64,000 nt of DNA from assembly GCA_000092065.1 (NCBI GenBank), contig CP000584.1. One strand, given 5' to 3'. The translations under genes and the position numbers were made by a program. This document shows positions 54,740 to 64,000 of this stretch, one piece after another (position 1 is the stretch's first letter; every line of letters starts with the position of its first letter). Source of the stretch: Ostreococcus lucimarinus (Eukaryota). The notes beneath the pieces were generated by a model. That model ran no database searches and was not told where the DNA came from. It saw only the letters and a list, made by a program, of their open reading frames with translations.

Positions 54740-57133
54740 TTACGACGACTTTTCGCGAATGAAAATGGGCAGCGCGCCGATCGGGGCGGAGAAATCGCGC
54801 ATCCAACGCCGACCCTGGTGGACCTTGCCATTAGATAAATCGCGCCATCGACCCTCGGTCAAATAAATCGCTCTCTCATTCGCGCCTCGCGTGGTGACGG
54901 GGGCGACGATGATATCTTCGCCGAGCGCGAACTGATCTCCTATGCGGAACGTTTCGCTATCCTCGGGATCGAGCCACCACATCGGACGACAGATGGGTTC
55001 GAGCGTTTCGACCGCGCGTTCGCTGTGATCGATGAGGGTCTCCACGAACTGATCGCGCATCTCCAATGCGGAGATGCATAAGTCTTTCGCCATGCTACCT
55101 GCGGCCCAAGGAGTGAGGGAAAACTGCATCGCCGGCATCAGCGCGTTGGCTTGCGCCCACCTCACGAGGAGCTCTTCGTCCGGGTGTTTGCCAAAATAAG
55201 CGTTTCCACCGATGATGTCTGGCAAACAAAACGGGTACCCAAGCACGCCAGATGTAAGCAGCGCGGGAATAATCGACCCTAGCCCGTTCTCAATGCCCCA
55301 GTCGGAGAATCTATCGCCCATGCGGACGAGGGAAGAATTCCCTGTGCTGTTATGACCGCTTCGAACTTCTGCAAGTTCGAACTTTGAAGCGACGTTGTTC
55401 ACCCACGCTCTCGTGTACTCTGATGGGTGCGAAAGAGGTGTGTGTGTGATGAATCTTCGCGGCAAAAAGCATGGTTCACCGGCGTCAAACTTGAAGCCGT
55501 CGATACCGTGCTTTTCTTGCAGACGCTTCAACCGAGATACAAACCAATCAACCGCCTCCGGGTTTGTGACGTCTAACGCGACGACTGGCGGCGTTTGCCA
55601 CCACCTGAAGAAACCATTTCGCGTGTTCGAATTGACAAAGTAACCCTTGTCCTTCCCTTCTCTGTACGCCATTGTATCTTCGGCGATGAACGGCATGACC
55701 CACACCGTCACTTTGAAGCCCATGGCGTGAAGCTCGTCCACCATCGAACTCGGATCTGGGAACTTTGTGGCGTCAAAATCGAGATCACCGTACCCACACT
55801 GCCACTTGTCATCGATCTCGATGACGCTGGCGCTCATACCGTTCGCAAGAATTTCTTGCGCGAAGCTCAAAACCTTTTCTTGCGAAACGTTCGTCTTCAT
55901 CTTCGCCCATGTCGTCCAAATCGGGGCTCGAAACACTTCCGAGGGCGGAGCTGCTTTCGGTTTATGCAGAGTCTTGTGGACGTTGATCGTCGCCAATTTG
56001 ACGTTCTTGTTCGCACACAGCGCCACGCGCATGTGTCTTCGCGTTGCGTGCGCATGCTTAGGCGATACCCAACCGACGAGCGGGTGGTTCATGCTGAACG
56101 GCCCGTAGCCTTTGTGAAATGAATTGCGAGCTTGTAAGCGCAAGAGCCCGTCACCGACGCGACGCCCTTTATGAAACGGTAAAATCGTCCGAGTCGCGTT
56201 TTGAATGCCCACACCAAACGCTCGCTTACTAAAAAATCCGTCGAACCAAGTCGCGTTCGGCGCGTTGAGACCAACGTGGAAAAATGGAGTATCCGGATCC
56301 GCCACGACTGCACATCCGTTACTCGTCACCCAATGCGTGGAAACGAGCGTGTTCAATCCATTAGGTCCGTTGTCGAAGGGATAATGAGGGCCAATCTCCA
56401 TGCATCCATCGTTCAACGGCCAGTGCTGAGCCATCAAATGCGACCCGCCGTACACGTCTCCCACTCGCTCCAAATCAATCATGATCTCCGCCGTCGCGTG
56501 CATCAAGCTCCCATCGGCGACGGAGTAGTCCAGCAGAAACCCATCGCTTAACCCATCGCACCACTGCTCCCCCGTGCTCAATCCCGCGCTCGGTCTAATC
56601 GTCAACGAAGCGCGCTGTCCCCACGTCACGGTGGCGCCGCCGTTCGCCTCTCTCGTCACCACTCCCTCCTCCGTCAACGCCAACGCCGGAAGCGCACACT
56701 GCGCCTCACACACAACTTCACCCCCACGTCTCAGCACCACGCTCCCATCGTCCCGGACCGTGAGTTTCGCCTCGCCGCATCGCAGCGTCGTCTCCCTCGG
56801 TCTTTCGGGCCGCGTCAGCCTCGGAAATTCGTACGGCAACCCGCGATGCGGCGCCCCCGTGAGCGCCCCCGCCGTCGGTCGCGTCGCCCCCGCGCGCACA
56901 TCTCTTTGATCACCGCCCGTTTCCAGCGCGCCTCGCGCCTCGCGCGCCCCATCCCGCGTCGCTCCAATTCTGACCGTCGGCACCGTGCGCCGTCGTCTCG
57001 TCGACACGACCGCGCCTCGCGCGCCTCGCGCGACGCCTCGTCGCGCCTCGCGCGCGCGCGAAACGACGCGCGGAATTCTCGCGCGCGTACTGTCGACGCG
57101 CGGCGCGGAAAGCGCGCCCCAATCGAGCGTCAT
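54740..57133 (-). CDS. Glycoside hydrolase family 31-like protein (MYORG/sulfoquinovosidase-like subgroup), 797 aa
   Basis: ATG at 57133..57131. (beta/alpha)8 catalytic region with GIDGFKFDAGEPCFLP (GH31 nucleophile-region pattern G-F-K-x-D-x-G-E) and surrounding WWQTPP…/…DVTNPEAVDWF motifs. Confidence 0.75.
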   Translation of the reverse strand: MTLDWGALSAPRVDSTRARIPRVVSRAREARRGVARGARGAVVSTRRRRTVPTVRIGATRDGAREARGALETGGDQRDVRAGATRPTAGALTGAPHRGLPYEFPRLTRPERPRETTLRCGEAKLTVRDDGSVVLRRGGEVVCEAQCALPALALTEEGVVTREANGGATVTWGQRASLTIRPSAGLSTGEQWCDGLSDGFLLDYSVADGSLMHATAEIMIDLERVGDVYGGSHLMAQHWPLNDGCMEIGPHYPFDNGPNGLNTLVSTHWVTSNGCAVVADPDTPFFHVGLNAPNATWFDGFFSKRAFGVGIQNATRTILPFHKGRRVGDGLLRLQARNSFHKGYGPFSMNHPLVGWVSPKHAHATRRHMRVALCANKNVKLATINVHKTLHKPKAAPPSEVFRAPIWTTWAKMKTNVSQEKVLSFAQEILANGMSASVIEIDDKWQCGYGDLDFDATKFPDPSSMVDELHAMGFKVTVWVMPFIAEDTMAYREGKDKGYFVNSNTRNGFFRWWQTPPVVALDVTNPEAVDWFVSRLKRLQEKHGIDGFKFDAGEPCFLPRRFITHTPLSHPSEYTRAWVNNVASKFELAEVRSGHNSTGNSSLVRMGDRFSDWGIENGLGSIIPALLTSGVLGYPFCLPDIIGGNAYFGKHPDEELLVRWAQANALMPAMQFSLTPWAAGSMAKDLCISALEMRDQFVETLIDHSERAVETLEPICRPMWWLDPEDSETFRIGDQFALGEDIIVAPVTTRGANERAIYLTEGRWRDLSNGKVHQGRRWMRDFSAPIGALPIFIREKSS

Positions 57134-57432
57134 CGCGCGGCGTCGCCTCGCGAATGTGACCGTCTAACCTCCCGCGCCGCTTCGGTGTTTTCGCGCCCTC
57201 GACGCGCGCGCGTCGCGCGTCGCGGACCGCGCGCGCGCGCGAACGATGTGGAAGTTTATGTGCGAGCGTTCGCGTCGCGACGCGCGCGTCGACGACGGTT
57301 GCACGCGGAGAAGTAGCGCAAGATTCGACGACGCGCGAAAAAGCGCTGACGCGGATAACGGGCCGTTATTAACGGCTGGTTTGGCAGTCGTGTGCTCGGC
57401 GGCTGCTTTTAAATACACGTAAGGCGCGCGAG

Positions 57433-58740
57433 CTACGGCCAAGACGCCATCACGATGGCCTTCTTGGCGTCGTAATCGCGCATGTGCGTGGCGTACACGT
57501 CGAAATTCCACGCGGAAGGGACGACGCCGCCCATGTCGTCGTCGACGGCGCTCGAGTGAAACACCGCGCCCATGGTGGCGGCGGCTTTTTCCTTCTTCTT
57601 CTTGTTCACGAAGACGATCTTGGAGTACGTCTTGGGATCGATGAAAGGCGAGATGATGGACCAAAACACGCGGAAAATGGTCGGAGGGTTGAAGCACACG
57701 GCCAGGCCCAGGCGCTCGGGGTAGTGGTTTTGTAAGATGGAGAGCGTCTCGCGAGCCGTCGCCATCGGAACGGCGTTCTTGCGGGACCAATCGGTGAAGT
57801 TGATCAAGATGACGATTTGCTCGGGCGCCAGGTCCGCCTTGGAGCCACGAGGTTCACGTTCGCGCGAAGACTTCCAGAGAATGTTCTCCAACGTGTACAC
57901 CAAGAATTTGATGTTTTCCACGTGGTTGTACGAGTTTTCGCGGTCCGGGCGCATCACGAGCACGCGGCGGCCGCGCTTATCTCGACCGCTTCTGTACTGC
58001 TTCCCCGTGAGCGCCTCATCGGCGATGTCGTCCCACGTCAACGCCTCCGGTTTCATCGTCGCTCGCCACTGAAGCGACGCGATGATCATTTTCAGCGCCT
58101 TGTCCACGTTCCATTTGCGCGCGCGCAGGTATCGACACAAGCACGCGTCGTCCACGTACACCCGCAGCGCCGGCGTCCCGAGCAAATCCGAATTTTCCGC
58201 CGCGGCCGCGTTCAGTTTCTCCCTAAACTTTCGCAACGACTCGAGATCCTTCGGCGTCATCGTGACCTCCCGCCCGCTCTGCGTCCGGTCGATCTGCGCC
58301 GGCGCTTGATTCGGCAACGCCTTCGCCGCCGCCTCCCTCGCCTTTCGTCTCCTCGCCGCGTCGAACACCGCATTCAGCGCATCGTTTCTATCCCTCCCGT
58401 CGAGCCATCGCACGAACATCACCGCGATCCACACCAAGAACATCAGCGCGAACGGCGCCGCCAGCACGAACGCCGTCGCGCAGTCGTCGTCCATCGCCCA
58501 CGCCCTCAGCCGCGCCCGCGTCGCGATCCATCGCGGCAGATCCCTGCGAAACCGTCGCAGTTCCGGCCGCTTCACCAGCGCTCGCTTGTACAGCGCGTAC
58601 GACCGCCGCAGCGTGTCGCGCAGCGCCCTCGCGCGCGCGTCGCCCGCGATGGCTTTTTGAACGCGTCTCCACGGCGCCTCGATCGACGCGCGCGCGATCG
58701 CCCACGTCGACCGCGGCGGCTCGCGTCGCGCGCCGAACAT
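57433..58740 (-). CDS. Sec14/CRAL-TRIO phosphatidylinositol-transfer-like protein with N-terminal TM anchor
   Basis: ATG at 58740..58738 (MFGARREPP…; the track ORF continues upstream as R-rich junk). TM FVLAAPFALMFLVWIAVMFVRW. CRAL-TRIO …CLCRYLRARKWNVDKALKMIIASLQWR…GRDKRGRRVLVMRPDREN…ILINFTDWSRKNAVPMATARETLSILQNHYPERLGLAVCFNPPTIFRVFWSIISPFIDPKTYSKIVFV. Confidence 0.7.
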   Translation of the reverse strand: MFGARREPPRSTWAIARASIEAPWRRVQKAIAGDARARALRDTLRRSYALYKRALVKRPELRRFRRDLPRWIATRARLRAWAMDDDCATAFVLAAPFALMFLVWIAVMFVRWLDGRDRNDALNAVFDAARRRKAREAAAKALPNQAPAQIDRTQSGREVTMTPKDLESLRKFREKLNAAAAENSDLLGTPALRVYVDDACLCRYLRARKWNVDKALKMIIASLQWRATMKPEALTWDDIADEALTGKQYRSGRDKRGRRVLVMRPDRENSYNHVENIKFLVYTLENILWKSSREREPRGSKADLAPEQIVILINFTDWSRKNAVPMATARETLSILQNHYPERLGLAVCFNPPTIFRVFWSIISPFIDPKTYSKIVFVNKKKKEKAAATMGAVFHSSAVDDDMGGVVPSAWNFDVYATHMRDYDAKKAIVMASWP

Positions 58741-58854
58741 CGCGACGCGCGCGTCTCCCGCGTCGCTCGCGTCCGCGTCGCGTCGCGCGCTCGAGAGGGC
58801 GGCGCGATGTGTCGCGCGCGCGGCGTCGCGCGCGCCAGAGCGCGTCGACGCGCG

Positions 58855-60000
58855 ATGACGCCCGCGACGCGCGAGGTCGCGCGCGTCCCAGCGCCCACGC
58901 GCGCGGCGCTCGACGCGTGTCGAGACGCGCGCTGGCGCGCGACGTTCGCCGCGCACGGCTTCCGCGCCGTCGCGCTCGAGGTGCCGGAAGATTTCATTCG
59001 TTACGTCCTCGCCGACGGCGTCGTCGCGCGCGAGACGGACGCCGCGATGCCGCGAAGGGTGGCGCAGGACGCGTTCGACGCGGCGGAGAGCGCGGCGCGG
59101 TTCGCGCGCGCGCGGGCGACGACGACGACGATGGAAGAGGAGGAGGCGGAGGACGCGAGCGCGCGGGACGGCGCGAGGCGAGCGACGTTCGCGGCGTTTG
59201 AACGCGCGATCGAGGACGCGATCGAAGCGCTGGGGGGAGAGGTGGCGCCGAAATTCGCGTGGAGCGCGCCGAAAGACGCGGCGTGGGTCGCGGCTGGGAA
59301 CACGATGAAGTGCCGGAACGCGGACGAGGTGGTGCTGTTGCTCAAGGCGAGCGACGCGGTGGCGCACGATTTGACCGAGGCGTACGGGGCGTGTGAGGAT
59401 TACGCGCGCGGTGATGGGAGCGAGGAGAGCGAGGAAGATCGCGCGGTGCGCGAGCACGCGGCGTCGGTGCTGACGCTTCGGGAGTGGTACGATTTGAACC
59501 CGAGCATGGAGTTTCGATGCTTCGTGAAGAATAGAAATTTAGTCGCCGCGTCGCAGCGACACGTGAACGACTTCTACGAGTTTTTGGTGCGAGACAAGGA
59601 TGCGATCGAAGACGCGATCGCTCTGTTCTGGGAGTCGAACGTCTCGTGCACGTCGTGGCACGACGATCAGGTCGATTACGTGTTCGACGTGTACGTGACG
59701 CCGAAGACGAAGAAGGTGAAAATAATTGATTTCAACGTCTGGGGCGGGACGACGCTTCCTTTGCTCTTCGAATGGCACGAACTAGAGGCCATGAATCGCG
59801 ACCGCGCGGAGGGCGACGACGCGCGCGGGTACGCGGACGAAATAGAGTTTCGCATCATCGAATCGCAGGGACACATTCGCCCCGGGCTGCAGCTCGGCGT
59901 CCCGTTTGACTTATACGACACCTCCGAGGGCGGGGCGATCTCAGAGTTCTTGGAAGAACAGCGCCGTCGACAGGAACAAGAAAGTTGCGCGAGTCTGTGA
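58855..60000 (+). CDS. CDC123: Cell division cycle protein 123 (CDC123/D123 family)
   Basis: In-frame ATGs at 58807 and 58855; 58855 is preferred by alignment to the CDC123 N-terminus (…CRDARWRATFAAHGFRAVALEVPEDFIRYVLADGVV). D123 motifs KFAWSAPKDAAW, MEFRCFVKNRNLVAASQR, VFDVYVTPKTKKVKIIDFNVWGGTTLPLLFEWHEL. Confidence 0.75.
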   Translation: MTPATREVARVPAPTRAALDACRDARWRATFAAHGFRAVALEVPEDFIRYVLADGVVARETDAAMPRRVAQDAFDAAESAARFARARATTTTMEEEEAEDASARDGARRATFAAFERAIEDAIEALGGEVAPKFAWSAPKDAAWVAAGNTMKCRNADEVVLLLKASDAVAHDLTEAYGACEDYARGDGSEESEEDRAVREHAASVLTLREWYDLNPSMEFRCFVKNRNLVAASQRHVNDFYEFLVRDKDAIEDAIALFWESNVSCTSWHDDQVDYVFDVYVTPKTKKVKIIDFNVWGGTTLPLLFEWHELEAMNRDRAEGDDARGYADEIEFRIIESQGHIRPGLQLGVPFDLYDTSEGGAISEFLEEQRRRQEQESCASL

Positions 60001-60107
60001 GATCGCTCGTTTTAGAAGTAGTTGGACGCACGCGTGTACTAGGTGTGTGAGTGGAGAGATACCGATTTACACAAAAGAGTTGCGCGGTACCCGCGACTGA
60101 AGCGCAC

Positions 60108-60716
60108 TCAACCCAAGGACCGACGCCTCGTGTGTCCGGCTCCGCGCGTACTGTCTCCATGCGTTACTTTTGTGGCGTAGTACAGTTTCGTCTCGCCCTG
60201 CTTAGCTTGATGATGCGTCGCGTGCAAATTGACGACGTCCACGCGGTGCCGCCTGTCTTCGCTCGTCGCGGCGGAGCCGTGACCGGCCTTGTGCGCCGCG
60301 ATGCGACGCCCATCGCGCACGTCTCGTCCATTCTCAAACGGACCTTTAGCCAAGCCCACGTACGGGTGATTCTTCTCGTTGAGGAGGCGATAATTCGCCG
60401 CTCGCGCGAAGCCTTGACGCCGCACCTGAGGCGTTTTGTTCGTGATGAGCGCGCGCGACTGCGTCGTCGTCCCTCCGTTGTCGTAAACGACGACTCGACT
60501 GTGCGCGTTGTCGTACACCTTCACCGGCCGCGGCGCGCGCGCGCGTCCCGTCGTGACGTGACGCGCGTTCGCGCGGGCGAGCGTCCGCGCGCTCTTCCAG
60601 GGGGCGGTGCCGGCGCTTCCGGCGCGGAATGATTTTCGCGCGCCGCTCGACGCGCGCGCGCTCGAGGCGCGGCTGAACCCGCGGGAGCCAGCGCTGTTTG
60701 ATCTGCGGTGACCCAT
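60108..60716 (-). CDS. Hypothetical hydrophilic protein (~202 aa), no recognisable domain
   Basis: In-frame ATG at 60716..60714 (the track ORF extends upstream into the neighbouring methyltransferase gene). Composition is S/R/A-rich in the first half and more ordinary in the second (…VKVYDNAHSRVVVYDNGGTTTQSRALITNKTPQVRRQGFARAANYRLLNEKNHPYVGLAKGPFENGRD…). Confidence 0.3.
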   Translation of the reverse strand: MGHRRSNSAGSRGFSRASSARASSGARKSFRAGSAGTAPWKSARTLARANARHVTTGRARAPRPVKVYDNAHSRVVVYDNGGTTTQSRALITNKTPQVRRQGFARAANYRLLNEKNHPYVGLAKGPFENGRDVRDGRRIAAHKAGHGSAATSEDRRHRVDVVNLHATHHQAKQGETKLYYATKVTHGDSTRGAGHTRRRSLG

Positions 60717-60997
60717 GTCGCGTCGAGGGCGGCCGAGCGCGAGGGTCGACGCGATGTGGGGCGTTTCGCGAGATCTAGGCACGAGGGAAAGTTGGCACGC
60801 GTCGAGTCGCCGCGCGCGCGCGCGATCCGCGCGAGGTCGCGAGGGCGAGCGAGGCGAGGCGCGACTCGCGCGCGAGATAGACGTGGAGATTACGACGTCA
60901 TCGCCTCGACGGAGCTGATGTTGCGTCCTGCTCGCGACTGCTAGATGTGACGTAGTAATACAAACGGCGACGATCCTCGCCGTCCCGCGACGCCGAA

Positions 60998-61810
60998 TCA
61001 CGGCGCCGCCTCCACGACGACGAGTAAACCGAGTAAAGCGCGCTGCGTCTTCACGACGCGCATGCCAGACTGTCGCACCAGCGACTCCACGTCCTGATTC
61101 CACACGCATCCTTTGCTCATGCGCTTCACCGGCGCCGACGTCAAATCTTGATACGCGCCCAACGCGCCGACGTCGCTCTTACTGTGCTCGATCAACACCG
61201 CCCGTCCTTTCGATCGCAGCACTCGCCTGACCTCTCGCAGCGCCGCCGACGGATCCTCGATCACGCACAGGCTGAACGTATCGACGACGACGTCGAACGA
61301 TCCATCGTCGAACGGCAGCGCCGTCGCGTCCGCCTCCTCGAACCGCGCCTTCTCGCCCAGCGCCAGCGTCTCCGCCCGCGCCTTCGCCCGCGCCAGCATT
61401 CCCGGCGACAGATCGATCGCCGTGTACGTCTTCACCCTGTTCGCGTCGTACGCGCGCAGGTTGAGCCCGGTGCCGACGGCGAGCTCCAACACGTCGCCCT
61501 CGCACCGCGCGAGCGCGTCCGCGCGCAGCGCGTCCAGCCCCAGCGCGCGCGCCGCGCCGCCGCCGTCGAGCGCGTCGTACGTCGGCGCGTACGCGTCGTA
61601 CGCCGTCTTCACGTCCGCCGTCTTCGCGCGCGCGTCGCCCGCGCCCAGCGCGCGCGTCGCCGCCGCCGCGACCGCCGCCTCGAGCACCGCGCGTCGCGTC
61701 GCCCGCGTCGCGTCGCGCGTCGCGCGCGTCGCGCCGCCGCGCCGCCGCGTCGCGCCGCGCGACGTCACCGCGCGCGTCGCCGCGCGCGTCGCCGCGATCG
61801 ACGTCGCCAT
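60998..61810 (-). CDS. Class I SAM-dependent methyltransferase (UbiE/COQ5-like, Methyltransf_11) with chloroplast-transit-peptide-like N-terminus
   Basis: ATG at 61810..61808 (MATSIAATRAATRAVTSRGATRRRG…; the track start at 61846 is GTG). Motif I VLELAVGTGLN, post-I DLSPGMLARAKAR, motif II FDDGSFDVVVDTFSLCVIEDP, motif III LRSKGRAVLIEH. Confidence 0.7.
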   Translation of the reverse strand: MATSIAATRAATRAVTSRGATRRRGGATRATRDATRATRRAVLEAAVAAAATRALGAGDARAKTADVKTAYDAYAPTYDALDGGGAARALGLDALRADALARCEGDVLELAVGTGLNLRAYDANRVKTYTAIDLSPGMLARAKARAETLALGEKARFEEADATALPFDDGSFDVVVDTFSLCVIEDPSAALREVRRVLRSKGRAVLIEHSKSDVGALGAYQDLTSAPVKRMSKGCVWNQDVESLVRQSGMRVVKTQRALLGLLVVVEAAP

Positions 61811-61886
61811 CGCGCCGCGCCGCCGCGCCGCCGCGATCTGCCGCACAGCGCGACGCGCGTCGAACGACGCGACTTCGCCGCGCGCG

Positions 61887-63302
61887 ATGCCGCGGCGCGC
61901 GTCGGCGCGCGATGGCGCGAGGACGCGCGCGACGGCGGCGCGCGCGGCGCTCGTCGTCGCGTGCGCGGCGCTCCGCGCGACGCCCGCGCGCGGATATCCG
62001 TACTACAACGCGCGCGCGTGCGGCGACGCCGCGCACCCGACGGGCGCGGCGGGCGATCACCCGTACGCGGGCGACGACGCCGGCGTGTCGTTTTCGCTGT
62101 TCTGGTCGGCGCACGACGGCTCGAACGAGACGCAGGCGTGGGAGCTGTGGGACAACAGCACGCGGAGGCTGATGCCGAGCTCGTGGGCGACGAGCGCGAC
62201 GGGCGACGAATATAAACCCGAGGCGCGGTTGACGCTGGTCGTGGACACGAGCGCGATCGCGGTCGGGATGGTGCTGCTGACGACGAGCGAGGGGAGGTTC
62301 GAGGACGTGAGCATGCACGAGGCTCACGTGAGCGAGAACGGAGGGTCGCGGAGCGCGCTGCGGTGCGGCGGAAAGCGAGTGAACCCTTCGTTGCGGACGA
62401 ATAAGCATAAGTTGATATGGTGGGCGCCCGCGCGCGGGACGGGGGATGTCGTCATTCGCGCGACGACGGCGAGCGCGGCGGAGAACGCGCTTTATCAGGG
62501 GACGTTTACGGTGCGCGAGAACGACGGTTTGCAACCGCCGAGCGCGAACGGGACGAACGCGTCGGACGTCGCGCCGGCGCACGATGACACCACGGAAGTA
62601 GGAGACAGTAGCGTAGGTTCAGAGGACGAGGCGCGTCAGGTGAGAGCGTTCGTCGTGCACGGCGGGATGATGTTCACGGGGATTTGGATGCTCATGCCCG
62701 GCGCCGTCGGGTGGTCGCGCTTCGGTCGACCGGGCCCGAACGACAAGCCCTCCGCCGCGTGGCTCTCGTGGCACAAATGGCTCATGCTCGCCGCCGTCGC
62801 TCTCGTGGTGATCGCGGCGGGCATTTCATACGCCGAAATTTCAGAAATCGGCGCCACGCATTACGATGGCGCGCACGGCAAGGTGGGCTTAGCCATCGTC
62901 GTCGTCGCGTGCCTCCAACCCGTCGGCGGTTTCCTCCGCCCTCCCAACCCGCCCGAGGGCGAGCTCAAATCCCAAGCCCGCCGCACCTGGGAGCGCGTCC
63001 ACCGCGCCGTGGGCGTCTTGATCTTCATCCTCAGTTTCTTCGCCGTCCTATCCGGCATAGACGAGCTCTCCGAGCGCGACGAATCCGTCGCCGCGCGCTT
63101 TCACTCCGTCCTCTTCGTCCTCTACGTCTTCGTCCTCTTCGCCTTCTTCGCTTACGCGTCGCGCCATCGCGCCGCCGCCTCCGTCTCGCGCGCCGCGTTC
63201 GTCGAATTATCCTCGTTCGACAATCCCTTCGCCGACGACGCGGACGTCGACGACGATCGCGCGTCCCTCGCGCCGCGCGGTTTCGCGCCGAGCGACGCGT
63301 GA
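61887..63302 (+). CDS. Reeler/DOMON domain + cytochrome b561 (ferric-reductase-type) transmembrane protein with signal peptide
   Basis: ATG at 61887 (MPRRASARDGARTRATAARAALVVACAALRATPARG). Extracellular beta-rich domain (…SFSLFWSAHDGSNETQAWELWDN…KLIWWAPARGTGDVVIRATTA…) followed by 5-6 TM helices with His pairs (…SWHKWLMLAAVALVV…HYDGAHGKVGLAIVVVACLQPVGGFLRP…WERVHRAVGVLIFILSFFAV…), typical of cytb561/DOMON fusion proteins. Confidence 0.65.
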   Translation: MPRRASARDGARTRATAARAALVVACAALRATPARGYPYYNARACGDAAHPTGAAGDHPYAGDDAGVSFSLFWSAHDGSNETQAWELWDNSTRRLMPSSWATSATGDEYKPEARLTLVVDTSAIAVGMVLLTTSEGRFEDVSMHEAHVSENGGSRSALRCGGKRVNPSLRTNKHKLIWWAPARGTGDVVIRATTASAAENALYQGTFTVRENDGLQPPSANGTNASDVAPAHDDTTEVGDSSVGSEDEARQVRAFVVHGGMMFTGIWMLMPGAVGWSRFGRPGPNDKPSAAWLSWHKWLMLAAVALVVIAAGISYAEISEIGATHYDGAHGKVGLAIVVVACLQPVGGFLRPPNPPEGELKSQARRTWERVHRAVGVLIFILSFFAVLSGIDELSERDESVAARFHSVLFVLYVFVLFAFFAYASRHRAAASVSRAAFVELSSFDNPFADDADVDDDRASLAPRGFAPSDA

Positions 63303-63495
63303 CGCCGCGCGCGTTTTAATCACGCATCGCACCGAATCGCAATCGCATCGCAGTCGTCTCACTGTTTGCGCACACGACGCGCGTCGGTCGTCGGTTAGGG
63401 TAAACGCGCGTAACGACCTCGACAATCCGCGACTCGCGCGCGTCGCCTCCGCGCCCCGACGCGCCGAAACGCTCGCGAGCGAACGCACGAACGAC

Positions 63496-64000
63496 ATGTC
63501 GCGCGCCGTCGCGGCCGGATGCGCGGCGCACGCGCGCGCGACGACGCGAACGCCGACGAATGCGACGGCGATGCGACGACACCGCGCGACGACGCGACGA
63601 GGCGCGCGAATCGCGCCGCGCGCGGGCGACGCGAACGGCGCGCGCGAGAACCGTGAGAACGAACTCGCGATCGCGGTCGCGACGACGCGAGTCGCGGCGT
63701 CGACGCGAGCGAAACGGGAACGCGGGACGACGACGAAGACGCGATCGAGCGGGACGCCGAACGCGCCGGTGGTGCGCGCGGGATCGGACGCGCTCGCGAA
63801 TTGGAAGGGGGCGAAGCTCAAGCCGCTCGGGTACTCGATTTTGTCTGGGTTGATCCTGTACCTCATTCCGGCCCCGGCCGGGGTGACGACGCAGGCGTGG
63901 AACTTGCTCGCGGTTTTCGTGGCGACGATCGTCGGGATCATCACGAACCCGCTGCCGCTCGGCGCGGTGGCGATGATCGGGCTCGGCGTGAGCATGACGA
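63496..64000 (+). CDS. Plastidic 2-oxoglutarate/malate (DiT-type, DASS/SLC13 family) transporter, N-terminal part; continues beyond window end
   Basis: ATG at 63496, transit-peptide-like MSRAVAAGCAAHARATTRTPTNATAMRRHRATTRRG…. Mature region WKGAKLKPLGYSILSGLILYLIPAPAGVTTQAWNLLAVFVATIVGIITNPLPLGAVAMIGLGVSMT closely matches the conserved DiT1/DiT2 N-terminal TM1-TM2 signature (…LIPxPxGxTxQAWxLLAIFxxTIxGIIxxPLPLGAVAxxGLG…). Confidence 0.6.
   Translation, partial: MSRAVAAGCAAHARATTRTPTNATAMRRHRATTRRGARIAPRAGDANGARENRENELAIAVATTRVAASTRAKRERGTTTKTRSSGTPNAPVVRAGSDALANWKGAKLKPLGYSILSGLILYLIPAPAGVTTQAWNLLAVFVATIVGIITNPLPLGAVAMIGLGVSMT

Noticed and set aside
61148-62582. 355-aa plus ORF 61148..62215 and 467-aa minus ORF 61179..62582
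   Set aside because: Antisense to or out of frame with the methyltransferase and cytb561-DOMON genes. Extreme Arg (RRRR) content.
1-64000. Prokaryotic-style interpretation (operons, CRISPR arrays, IS elements, defence islands), prompted by the hint that an undescribed system may be present
   Set aside because: Every recognisable protein is eukaryotic: SNF2, SmD1, ASF1, SNARE, HECT, OCRL, PKG, Sec14, CDC123, exosome, PRP22. Spliceosomal introns are present. The tRNA has a eukaryotic position-37/38 intron and Pol III T-run. There are no direct-repeat/spacer arrays and no Shine-Dalgarno-linked co-oriented gene strings. No transposase, integrase or reverse-transcriptase ORFs were seen.

Overview
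Apart from a 5'-partial ChlH gene at nt 1 and a 3'-partial DiT-like gene at the window end, this 64-kb window is a gene-dense eukaryotic nuclear segment with about 35 protein-coding genes on both strands and one tRNA gene. Gaps between genes are mostly under 400 bp and some are under 50 bp. Most genes are intronless. Protein content points to a photosynthetic green-lineage nuclear genome: Mg-chelatase H, PGRL1 and a plastidic DiT-type dicarboxylate transporter are present, (TTTAGGG)n-type telomere motifs occur interstitially, and many proteins have Arg/Ala/Thr-rich N-termini that look like plastid transit peptides. Compaction, high GC content and short introns fit a picoprasinophyte such as the Mamiellales, but that is an inference, not a database result.

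Recognisable genes:
- DNA/RNA machinery: ERCC6-like SNF2 ATPase, an exosome RNase-PH subunit, DEAH helicase PRP22/DHX8, SmD1, a Tudor-less SMN-like protein, ASF1, LYAR and CDC123.
- Signalling and trafficking: OCRL-type inositol 5-phosphatase, Vti1 SNARE, diacylglycerol kinase, Sec14, a HECT-ankyrin E3 ligase, and an ACT-ACT-CNB-CNB-AGC kinase (PKG-like).
- Membrane and glycosylation: OSCA/CSC1-type channel, PQ-loop transporter, GT77 glycosyltransferase, HPAT/SGT-like glycosyltransferase, GH31 hydrolase, and a DOMON-cytochrome b561 protein.
- Other: a J-domain membrane protein, SYLF, JmjC and several lineage-specific hypotheticals.

Four introns were inferred, in Vti1, SmD1, a hidden PET100-like gene and ASF1. 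All begin GTGCG, and all carry an extended branch motif (A)GACTGACGA 31-37 nt upstream of the AG.

One intron-containing tRNA-Lys(UUU) gene with a Pol III T-run sits in an AT-rich island. There are no CRISPR arrays, no rRNA, no obvious transposons and no prokaryotic operon structure. Many long ORFs in the six-frame track are antisense or low-complexity artefacts of extreme GC/CpG-rich tracts. Several track start codons are GTG or TTG, so starts were re-anchored to in-frame ATGs. Coordinates of inferred splice sites and start codons may be off by 1-2 nt.
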